DNA of 26,716 nucleotides from a virus. Taxonomy: Duplodnaviria; Caudoviricetes. Shown here piece after piece: positions 9,037 through 16,377 of this stretch. The notes beneath the pieces were generated by a model that had not been told where the DNA came from, searched no databases, and worked only from the letters and a program-made list of their open reading frames with translations. The DNA lies in the IMG/VR virus record IMGVR_UViG_3300031519_008917, positions 1 to 26,716 of that record; one strand, written 5' to 3'. The position numbers and the translations under genes were made by a program. Position 1 is the stretch's first letter. Each line of letters begins with the position of its first letter.

Positions 9037-10099
9037 CTTTACTCCTCTCCTCTCTAATCTGTGATACAGTATCTGACCAAGTTGATTTTGCTGGGATAAA
9101 ATCTTTACAATATATTAAACTAAATAAATCAATAACATCCCTAAGTATTTTCCTAAAATAAACTAAATTAGAAGCCTCACCACCATCCAATAGACCAATC
9201 TCATTTAAATAATTTTGTGGAAATTTAAAATTATAGTTTGGAATTATATCACTATAATCTATACAATTATATTTTTGATATAACTCTTTTGTAACACTAA
9301 ACTCCTTATAATCAGGAAACAAAGAAAATAATTCTCCTTTATCCATATCCTTAAAATCTCGATATGTTGTTGATATATCACTACTTATATAAAATAATTG
9401 ATTATCAACCAACCGTTGAGTGTTATCAGAATCCTGTTCTTTGTATTTCTGTATTATCCTATCAAAATTACTAACAAAATCTACGTGTTTATATGACTCA
9501 TACAAATCAGTATTTCTTTCGAAAATATCACCAGTAGCAATATCAACCGGTTCTTTATACTCATAATGGTCAAGTGTAGATAAAAGTGTAACATTGTTTT
9601 TTCTGACATGAATACCTATTGAATCAGATACTTTATCTTTTATTAGAGATTTTAAATAAGGATTTTTTAATTTTAATAATTTAAAAACTGGTGGTAAATA
9701 GTAAATTCCGTTATTTCCACCAATATTATCTGATCCAGGTTCTGGTGCCGTAATATTATCTATATTAGGACCACCATCATCAGGACCACCATTCAGATAA
9801 TAATTTTTTGATGTGTCTAAATCTAATATACTCTCATCATATATAAGTTCTATAAATTCTCCATGCATATTATAATAAGGATTACCTTGTTCTACTGAGT
9901 AATCTACAAAAGTAGATTCGGTATATGGAAAATCAACATAATTAGTTTCCGGCCAGTGATATGAATCAAGTAAAATAGTAAATTTAAAATCATGATGTTC
10001 ACTTATTTTATAGGCAAGTGCCCAATGTGGAAGTCGATTTCCAAAACCGGTACATACATCACTTTGCCAAAATTTATCTGTTACTTTTATATATCCCAT
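9029..10099 (-). CDS. Fucosyltransferase-like GT-B glycosyltransferase (GT11/GT23/NodZ-type motifs), 356 aa
   Basis: N-terminal TGFGNRL; motif I IGIHVRK; motif II FYISSD; motif III IDLFSLIYCKDFIPAKSTWS. Confidence 0.72.
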   Translation of the reverse strand: MGYIKVTDKFWQSDVCTGFGNRLPHWALAYKISEHHDFKFTILLDSYHWPETNYVDFPYTESTFVDYSVEQGNPYYNMHGEFIELIYDESILDLDTSKNYYLNGGPDDGGPNIDNITAPEPGSDNIGGNNGIYYLPPVFKLLKLKNPYLKSLIKDKVSDSIGIHVRKNNVTLLSTLDHYEYKEPVDIATGDIFERNTDLYESYKHVDFVSNFDRIIQKYKEQDSDNTQRLVDNQLFYISSDISTTYRDFKDMDKGELFSLFPDYKEFSVTKELYQKYNCIDYSDIIPNYNFKFPQNYLNEIGLLDGGEASNLVYFRKILRDVIDLFSLIYCKDFIPAKSTWSDTVSQIREERSKDV

Positions 10100-10100
10100 A

Positions 10101-11075
10101 TTAGTCCTTGAATGGATTGTGTCTAAAATCCAATTTATTATCTTTGTTTTCTAAATACCAATCAATGGTATTATTAATTCCATCTTCAACGGAAACAGAA
10201 TTCTCGTATCCGTAATTATATGCCCTTGACATATCCAATATTCTTTTGTGGTCTCCGTTTGGTTTTGATGAATCAAATTCTACCTCACATCCAAATTTAT
10301 TTGCAATACTTGTTGCAAGTTTTCCTATATTAACCCCAACTCCACTTCCAAGATTTAATGGTTCGGTTATTTTATTTTCTACCGCGTAAAGCATCCCTCT
10401 TGCAACATCTATAGAATGAATAAAGTCTCTGATTGGTGTTCCATCTCCCCAAACACTCATAGTGCCACCCTTACCGGCTTCTTCTGCCTTTCTAATCAAA
10501 GAAGGAATTACCATTGCAGTTTCTAATTCAAAATTATCCCATTTACCATAAACATTAGCCGGTCTTACAATAGAAATATTATCCCAATCATATTGTATTT
10601 TATAACCTTCTGCCTGTAATTCACCCATTCTTTTTGCCCATCCAGGTAACTTATCATTATCAGATGGAAAGGTTTTCCACATATCATCTTCGTGTGATAT
10701 TTCTGATGGTGTGTAAACTCCATAGGAACTTGTGTATAAATACCAATCCACTCCTGCTTTAAATGCGGCTTCCATCATATTAATATTAAACTTAACCAAT
10801 GGAATAAAATAATTTAAGGGTTTAATCTTTGGCATTTCTGCGGATGCCTTTATACCGGCAACATGAAATACATAATCCATACCCTCACATATCATTTCAC
10901 AATTTTCATAATTAGTCAAATCTACTTTATGAAATTCTACCTCTTCAAAAAAATCAACAGGTTCATCAAGTGAAGCAACTCTTATTTTTGCTCCCCTATT
11001 TAATAATAGCTGTACTAATTCTCTACCTATCATTCCAGTTCCACCTGTCACTAAAACATTTTTATCTTTAAACAT
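10101..11075 (-). CDS. GDP-L-fucose synthase (Fcl/ColC)-like SDR lacking the catalytic Tyr, 324 aa
   Basis: TGGTGMIG, RPANVYGKWDNF, VIPSLIRK, VWGDGTPIRDFIHSIDVA; PGWAK at the YxxxK position. Start is 11075 (7 nt from GGAG) or 11078. Confidence 0.8.
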   Translation of the reverse strand: MFKDKNVLVTGGTGMIGRELVQLLLNRGAKIRVASLDEPVDFFEEVEFHKVDLTNYENCEMICEGMDYVFHVAGIKASAEMPKIKPLNYFIPLVKFNINMMEAAFKAGVDWYLYTSSYGVYTPSEISHEDDMWKTFPSDNDKLPGWAKRMGELQAEGYKIQYDWDNISIVRPANVYGKWDNFELETAMVIPSLIRKAEEAGKGGTMSVWGDGTPIRDFIHSIDVARGMLYAVENKITEPLNLGSGVGVNIGKLATSIANKFGCEVEFDSSKPNGDHKRILDMSRAYNYGYENSVSVEDGINNTIDWYLENKDNKLDFRHNPFKD

Positions 11076-11095
11076 CATATATCTCCAATAATTTT

Positions 11096-11103
11096 TTAAC
11101 TAT
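11096..11103 (-). promoter_or_regulatory. ATANTTA motif variant (ATAGTTAA), candidate promoter
   Basis: In the roughly 30-nt gap upstream of the GGAG SD; one mismatch to the ATANTTAT consensus. Confidence 0.3.
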
Positions 11104-11108
11104 CATTT

Positions 11109-11756
11109 CTATCTACTTTCCTTTCCAAACGTAACCAATGTAAATCTTGGATTCATCGCATAATCAGTTACATGACTAACAAAGTGTGGAAATTTAAATT
11201 TATCAAGTGTATTGTTTATAATGAGTGCACGATTAAATTTTGGAAAAATTGGAATAACAGAATCACTATCATCAGTTTCTTCACTTGCCGTGTCTAAATG
11301 AAAAATTCCACCCCAATCCCATATCCAATCTCGATTAATGTAATATAAACAACCAACACTACTAACCCATTGGTCTAAATGTGTTCTGTAATGACAACCC
11401 TCGTCCATTTTATAACACCTTAAATTGTAATCATTTAAATCAACTTGACTTATATTTTCTAACATAGGTTTAAAATACTTATCGTGTATATTTCCTACAT
11501 CAGAAACTAACCCATCTGAACTCCAAAACTTAGCACTATATGATTCATTTTCTTTTGGTAAGTATTTAGACTTTGTTTTAGCACTCTGAAAATGTGATTC
11601 GGAATATAAATCATCTCTAATTTGGTCTGATATTTTCCAATCTTTATTATGATAATATAATTCTTCTAATTTATTCGCATCATCATTGGGTAAAAAATTA
11701 TCTATGATTACATAACCGTTTTTATTATAATCTTCTCTAAGATTATTTAAATCCAT
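11109..11756 (-). CDS. 2OG-Fe(II) oxygenase (prolyl-4-hydroxylase-like), 215 aa
   Basis: GYVIIDNFLP, HYRTHLD (HxD), LYYINRDWIWDWGG, PKFNR, PHFVSHV (distal His), RFTL (2OG-binding Arg). Confidence 0.85.
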   Translation of the reverse strand: MDLNNLREDYNKNGYVIIDNFLPNDDANKLEELYYHNKDWKISDQIRDDLYSESHFQSAKTKSKYLPKENESYSAKFWSSDGLVSDVGNIHDKYFKPMLENISQVDLNDYNLRCYKMDEGCHYRTHLDQWVSSVGCLYYINRDWIWDWGGIFHLDTASEETDDSDSVIPIFPKFNRALIINNTLDKFKFPHFVSHVTDYAMNPRFTLVTFGKESR

Positions 11757-12918
11757 TACATACCTCAGATATAAAATCTACATCTTCTAAATTTATTGAT
11801 GGGTGTGTTGGTATAATAAACCCCCTTTCATAAATTTTATTTGCAACTTCTCCGTTAAATTCTCCGTATCTACTTTTCCAAAAATTATGTTTTCCAAGAT
11901 TTCCGTGTGACCAAACTCGTGTTTCTATACTATTCTCATTACATTGTTTAATTACTGATTTACGATGATCATTTGATTCTGCCAATACTCCGATGTGTAA
12001 ACTAACAGGTGTGGTATTTGTGCAATCTTGTAGTTCAAATCTATAATTTAATTTTTCAGTATATCGTAAATGATTTTCATTTCGTTTTTTAAATATAATA
12101 TCTGCCTTTTTTAATTGTCGTAACCCAATGTATGCCTGTAAATCAGTAGACCTTACATTAAATCCAGGTTCGTTAAATATGAATGGAAAGTTTTCATCAT
12201 TTCTATATTCATCATTAGCTATATCCTTTACCCACCCATGTGACCTCAACTTTAACAATTCTTTATATAAGAACTCATCATTTGTATTAATAAAACCACC
12301 CTCAATTGTAGATAGTTGATGTCCAAAATAAAATGAAAAAGATGACATATCTCCTAATGTTCCAACAAAACTCCCATCTCCATATCTAGCACCTACTGAT
12401 GCACAAGAATCTTCAAGAATATAACACCCATACTTTTCTTTTAAATACAAAAGGTCTTTTTTTCTATGTGGAACTCCGAGAACATGAACAAACATAAATC
12501 CATCAATATCTCCTTTTTTTAAATAATCCTCTACAATATTTAAATCGATATTATAATTGTCTTTATCCGCATCAACCATTATAGGTTCTATCCCAAACTG
12601 AATAAACGGACTTACGCTAGTAACCCAACCATTTGCGGGTACTAAGAATTTTTTATTCTTTAATAGTCCTGCATTCAATAGAGAATACACCATCAATAGA
12701 TTTGCAGATGAACCACTATTAACATAAACAGAATACTTAGTACCAATGTATTCAGACCACAACCTTTCAAATTTTTTGGTAACATCACCCATAGTAAGTC
12801 GTGGATTTGTCCGTAACCAATCTATAAGTGAATTAATATCACCTTCATCAATAGTATCAGAGGCAAGTGGATATTCCCAAATAGATTGTCCTGTTAAATC
12901 TAATGATTTACTTATCAT
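11743..12918 (-). CDS. colD: DegT/DnrJ-fold PLP enzyme, ColD-type GDP-4-keto-6-deoxy-sugar 3-dehydratase, 391 aa
   Basis: VNSGSSANLL, ILEDSCAS, SFSFYFGHQLSTIEGG (His at the usual Schiff-base Lys position), LRSHGW, GFNVRSTDLQA. It lacks the Cys-rich Fe-S motif of DdhC/RfbH. Start 12918 follows GGGGTG. Confidence 0.72.
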   Translation of the reverse strand: MISKSLDLTGQSIWEYPLASDTIDEGDINSLIDWLRTNPRLTMGDVTKKFERLWSEYIGTKYSVYVNSGSSANLLMVYSLLNAGLLKNKKFLVPANGWVTSVSPFIQFGIEPIMVDADKDNYNIDLNIVEDYLKKGDIDGFMFVHVLGVPHRKKDLLYLKEKYGCYILEDSCASVGARYGDGSFVGTLGDMSSFSFYFGHQLSTIEGGFINTNDEFLYKELLKLRSHGWVKDIANDEYRNDENFPFIFNEPGFNVRSTDLQAYIGLRQLKKADIIFKKRNENHLRYTEKLNYRFELQDCTNTTPVSLHIGVLAESNDHRKSVIKQCNENSIETRVWSHGNLGKHNFWKSRYGEFNGEVANKIYERGFIIPTHPSINLEDVDFISEVCNGFK

Positions 12919-13438
12919 TATAATAATCACCCCATTCTATAATCAACGAAGAACCATCTCTGTTATATGCAGTTTGAAATGCAGGAAAGATTTCTTCTGG
13001 TTCATTTAACAATACCACATCAACTTCACCCAAGATTTGTTTAAATGGTTCAGTATAATTGTTGGTATGTTGAACACCACCGTTTAGTGGATTGGTAGAA
13101 CCAATAGAAGTTCTCATTATAACCTTTGGTTTAAATGTCTGTTCTGTCATATTTTGCATTTTATCTAAATGATTTACTAATGCATCCATACATCTCATAA
13201 AAAAATCAAATCTTGGAAAACAACTAATTGGAACTATTCCATTCATTGCCATTCCAGTACTCATTCCCATCTGTATTTCTTCAAATACAGGCAGTTCAAG
13301 TCTTTTTTCTTCAGGTAATGTATTTAATGTGTTGTAAATTGCATTACCACTATATAAAACTGATTGACCAAGAAAGATTGTTTCTTCTTTTTCACTCAAC
13401 CACTCCATACTTCTTATTATTTCATCTTTATATTTCAT
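12908..13438 (-). CDS. ThDP-dependent enzyme, E1-beta/transketolase pyrimidine-binding domain only, 176 aa
   Basis: IFLGQSV, LELPVFEEIQMGMSTGMAMNG (catalytic Glu), LVNHLDK, GVQH; ends at LIIEWGDYY with no C-terminal domain. TAATG overlap at 13438. Confidence 0.8.
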   Translation of the reverse strand: MKYKDEIIRSMEWLSEKEETIFLGQSVLYSGNAIYNTLNTLPEEKRLELPVFEEIQMGMSTGMAMNGIVPISCFPRFDFFMRCMDALVNHLDKMQNMTEQTFKPKVIMRTSIGSTNPLNGGVQHTNNYTEPFKQILGEVDVVLLNEPEEIFPAFQTAYNRDGSSLIIEWGDYYNDK

Positions 13439-14025
13439 TAGAATAACACCCAATTTCCTGTTCCATGATGTGGATAATCACTTTTATATTTATAATAAAT
13501 TATATCACTTGGAACTTCTTGTTTACCACCCCAAGTTTCTTCAACCGGTGTATTCGTAGAAAGGTTATTATCCTCAACTACAAACTGAATTGGTAAATCA
13601 AAGTTCTTAGCATACTTATATGATTCATGAAATATCCCACTTTCAAAAGTCATATCTCCAACAAAACACCAAACTTTATTTTTCTCGCCTTTCATCTGAA
13701 TGGATTTGGCAGCTCCAAGTGCTATCGGTATAATACCACCCACGATGGCAGATGAATAAAATTTAGGTTCATCACAATATACACTCATACTTTTTCCACG
13801 AACAATCAAGTCCATTAAAAAATCTCTCGGAACTCCGTGTAGTAATGCATGATAGTGATTTCTCCAACTACTAAACACCCAATCATCTTTACTAACATCC
13901 TGAAATATCTCTATCAGTTGTTCCTCGTTATTAGAACTCAAATGAACCGGTGCACTAATTTCACCATCTTCATATCGTTGTTTAACTTCTGTTTCAAAGT
14001 CTATTAAAAACTGTTTATCTATCAT
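13438..14025 (-). CDS. ThDP-dependent enzyme, short E1-alpha (PP-binding) subunit, 195 aa
   Basis: PVHLS, DWVFSSWRNHYHALLHG, SAIVGG, VGDM...VEDNN (GDG-x-NN variant), YPHHGTG. ATGA overlap at 14025 with GGAG upstream. Confidence 0.82.
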   Translation of the reverse strand: MIDKQFLIDFETEVKQRYEDGEISAPVHLSSNNEEQLIEIFQDVSKDDWVFSSWRNHYHALLHGVPRDFLMDLIVRGKSMSVYCDEPKFYSSAIVGGIIPIALGAAKSIQMKGEKNKVWCFVGDMTFESGIFHESYKYAKNFDLPIQFVVEDNNLSTNTPVEETWGGKQEVPSDIIYYKYKSDYPHHGTGNWVLF

Positions 14026-14543
14026 TTGTCTCTCCAATTTAATATAGGGTTTTTTATAGGCCATTCAATACCAATTCTTTCGTCATTCCACTTTAGTACA
14101 TCTTGATCCATCCAATCAACATAATCATGTGGGTATGCCTGTGTGTAATGAAATAAACATTCATCAGTTAAACATAAATGAGCATTTAAAAAATTTGGTG
14201 GAATTAAAACACTTGTATGATTTCTTTCTGAAATTAAAAAACTATCCCACTTTAAGTAATTTACCGATTCAGGTCTATTATCCACCACTACTAAATAAAT
14301 TTCTCCCCAAACACAAGTAATGTTTTTCCAAGTCACATTATCTCCATGTAATCCTCGTAATACATTTTTTCGTGAACGAGTAAACTTAGATATCTTCCAC
14401 TCATGTCCCTTTGGTAATACTTCGTTTTCCTTTTCCCAAAAAGTCCACATCTCACCTCTATAATCATGAAAAGGATCAGGAGTAGCCACTTTAACTTCAG
14501 GAAATACTTTAGAATTTTTGATATCTACTTTGAAGTCACTCAT
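14022..14543 (-). CDS. rmlC: RmlC-family NDP-4-keto-sugar 3(,5)-epimerase (cupin), 173 aa
   Basis: DYRG, SRKNVLRGLH, CVWGEIYLVVVDNR, IPPNFLNAH, FHY, WND..IGIEWP. ATGA overlap at 14543. The substrate may be a GDP-sugar rather than a dTDP-sugar. Confidence 0.85.
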   Translation of the reverse strand: MSDFKVDIKNSKVFPEVKVATPDPFHDYRGEMWTFWEKENEVLPKGHEWKISKFTRSRKNVLRGLHGDNVTWKNITCVWGEIYLVVVDNRPESVNYLKWDSFLISERNHTSVLIPPNFLNAHLCLTDECLFHYTQAYPHDYVDWMDQDVLKWNDERIGIEWPIKNPILNWRDK

Positions 14544-15517
14544 AGGATTTTTCTCCAATGATTTAATAAATCATCACATATCTCATCTAAACCCTTCATT
14601 GGTTTCCAATTAGTTTTTTTTCTAAATTTTTCACTACTCGGTATCTGTAATGTAATATCAGTAGGCCGTATTCTACTTTTATCCTCTTTCTTTTTTAAAT
14701 CTGATTTAGTTGATTTAGATATTAATACATCTAATGCTTCCCCAACCGTACAAGTGTGTTCACCTCCGATATTATATACCTCACCAAATTCACATTTATC
14801 TATGGCTAACCAATATGCCTCAACTGCATCATCTATGTGATTATATGTTCTAACTGATTGTAGATTTCCATGTCGTATAAAACCATCTCCGTTTCCCTTT
14901 TCATTTTGAACTATTTGATGTGCAAAAGATGAGAGTGCAAATCTTTTTCCTCGTCTTTTACCCTCATGAGAAAACATACGAGTTATTATAACTTTCATAT
15001 CAAATGCCTCATGGTAATAATTAGATAATAAATCATGTCCAACCTTTGATATTGAATATGGATTTGCCGCTCTAATTGGATTATTCTCGGTGATTGGTAT
15101 TTCTTCTGACGATGGATTACCATATACTTCAGATGAAGATACACTAACAATTTTTGGATTACAATAATCTCTTTCTTTTGCCAATCTAAGTTCTTCAAAT
15201 AAATTAGTAGTTCCAATTATATTTGTAGTAAGAGTACTGACTGGAGTAAGAAAACTTGATTCTGGAAAACTTTGTGCTGCAAAATGATACACTAAATTTG
15301 GTTTTGCAATATTTATAATTCTTTCAAGACTACCTCTATCTAATAAATCACACTCTTCAAATATAACCCTATCATCACCAAATAAATGCTTAATATTTTC
15401 TTCCTTACTTCTCCACCTTCGAGTAGCAAAGATTTGTACATTTGGAACATTTTTTATAAGATAGTCGGCCATATGACTTCCAACAAAGCCTGTAATACCT
15501 GTTATTAAAACTCTCAT
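14540..15517 (-). CDS. gmd: GDP-mannose/GDP-manno-heptose 4,6-dehydratase (Gmd family, DmhA/WcbK-like), 325 aa
   Basis: LITGITGFVGSH, AAQSFP.SSF, TNIIGT.NL, SSSEVYG, PYSISK, GNL.SVRT, RPTD, DLLNHWR. ATGA overlap at 15517. Confidence 0.82.
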   Translation of the reverse strand: MRVLITGITGFVGSHMADYLIKNVPNVQIFATRRWRSKEENIKHLFGDDRVIFEECDLLDRGSLERIINIAKPNLVYHFAAQSFPESSFLTPVSTLTTNIIGTTNLFEELRLAKERDYCNPKIVSVSSSEVYGNPSSEEIPITENNPIRAANPYSISKVGHDLLSNYYHEAFDMKVIITRMFSHEGKRRGKRFALSSFAHQIVQNEKGNGDGFIRHGNLQSVRTYNHIDDAVEAYWLAIDKCEFGEVYNIGGEHTCTVGEALDVLISKSTKSDLKKKEDKSRIRPTDITLQIPSSEKFRKKTNWKPMKGLDEICDDLLNHWRKIL

Positions 15518-16230
15518 CCCCAAGATTCATTTATAAAATTATATAACTTATCGGCCCATTCTATTTGAACTTCTTCATTTGGATGATTACACTCAGTTAG
15601 TCTATTTTCGGCACTTTTTAAAAATGGTTCTTCATAAAAGTAATCAAAATTAATTAATTTTGTAATATTACAATCCCTATCCATAAAACCATCCGGATTT
15701 CTATCCCCTTCAAAGAAAATATATTTAATATTTTTTGATTCGAAATAAGATTGTAACCCTAATACATACCTCCAAGATATTTCAGAACATTCTTTATTAG
15801 TAGGAACATAATTAAAATTTATTTCATCTCTATCAACCGAAGTATCCCTTTCGTTATGATCCCATGCACTATAACCATCATGTCCGTATTGTGCACCCCA
15901 CCAATGTCTATCCGCATCACTTATTTCAGCATTATTATCTTTATATACAGACCAAATTTCATTTCTAACTGGATATGTTAATTGTATAACAAATATAGTT
16001 TCTTCTAATTTATCTTGATTATTGGTAATCCAATCAAATGTCTTTCTGTAAATTCTCTGATTAGATTCACCACCTCTTGCTTCATTTACATCAGTTGAAT
16101 TAAATTTTTTGGAAAGAAAACCACTATATTTATCTATATAAGTAACCTTTCCCTCGTCAACTTCTGTGTTTTTTAGGCCTGTGCCGTCACTATAACTACA
16201 CCCGTTTGTGTATACGTATTTTATATTCAT
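15514..16230 (-). CDS. SGNH/GDSL-fold protein (possible O-acyl transferase/esterase), 238 aa
   Basis: Block I TNGCSYSDG, block II NEARGGESNQRI, QLTYPVR, block V ECNHP. Confidence 0.7.
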   Translation of the reverse strand: MNIKYVYTNGCSYSDGTGLKNTEVDEGKVTYIDKYSGFLSKKFNSTDVNEARGGESNQRIYRKTFDWITNNQDKLEETIFVIQLTYPVRNEIWSVYKDNNAEISDADRHWWGAQYGHDGYSAWDHNERDTSVDRDEINFNYVPTNKECSEISWRYVLGLQSYFESKNIKYIFFEGDRNPDGFMDRDCNITKLINFDYFYEEPFLKSAENRLTECNHPNEEVQIEWADKLYNFINESWG

Positions 16231-16259
16231 AAAACTAAAAATCCTCTGCTAAAGAGGAC
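16231..16259 (-). terminator. Intrinsic-terminator-like hairpin that also sequesters an SD-like AGAGGA
   Basis: TCCTCT-TTAGC-AGAGGA (16258..16242) is followed by TTTTTAGTTTT and then directly by the ATG at 16230. Confidence 0.55.
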
Positions 16260-16350
16260 ACTATTTAAAGTGCCTCCGTGTGTTTATAGTCATATTATGA
16301 TCGGTTAGGTCTTTGGGTTTTTATACCCCCTGTTTATCATACTGACTTAT
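16231..16350 (-). ncRNA. Candidate structured cis-regulatory leader RNA (riboswitch/attenuator-like)
   Basis: The outer stem AGUCAGUAUGAU (16347..16336)/AUCAUAAUAUGACU (16301..16288) encloses AGG/CCU and GGGU-AUAAAA-ACCC. Downstream, GGAGGCACU/AGUG(U)CCUCU (16277..16253) competes with the terminator hairpin. Confidence 0.5.
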
Positions 16351-16360
16351 ATATAAGTAT
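16345..16360 (-). promoter_or_regulatory. ATACTTAT motif (16360..16353) overlapping a 14-bp perfect palindrome ACTTATATATAAGT (16345..16358)
   Basis: Read directly from the sequence; lies immediately 5' of the structured leader. Confidence 0.5.
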
Positions 16361-16377
16361 ATATATTTTAAAAAAAT

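Noticed and set aside
9767-9792. 11-bp direct repeat aggaccaccat (9767..9777 and 9782..9792)
   Set aside because: It is a small in-frame duplication encoding GGP twice in a probable loop, with no evidence of a separate function.
11743-12918. Sugar aminotransferase (perosamine synthase type) or DdhC/RfbH
   Set aside because: It has His rather than Lys at the Schiff-base position and lacks the Cys-rich Fe-S motif, which fits ColD better.
12908-14025. Pyruvate dehydrogenase E1 (pdhA/pdhB) or pseudogenes of it
   Set aside because: Both subunits are much shorter than E1, E2 and E3 are absent from the window, and the genes are cleanly coupled within a sugar operon.
14995-15216. 73-aa minus-strand ORF
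   Set aside because: It is nested out of frame inside the dehydratase gene and has no motif support.
16285-16332. Canonical TPP riboswitch (AGGGG...ACCC-N4-ACCU...GAUC-AUAAU resembles it, and ThDP enzymes lie downstream)
   Set aside because: The essential UGAGA pyrimidine-sensing segment and the GCG/AGGGAA 3' strand are missing, so the resemblance is superficial unless cmscan says otherwise.
16300-16350. Cobalamin riboswitch (AAGUCAG and AGACCU fragments recall the B12 box)
   Set aside because: The fragments are not contiguous, and the upstream GGGAA and CCC-GC-ACUGU core is absent.
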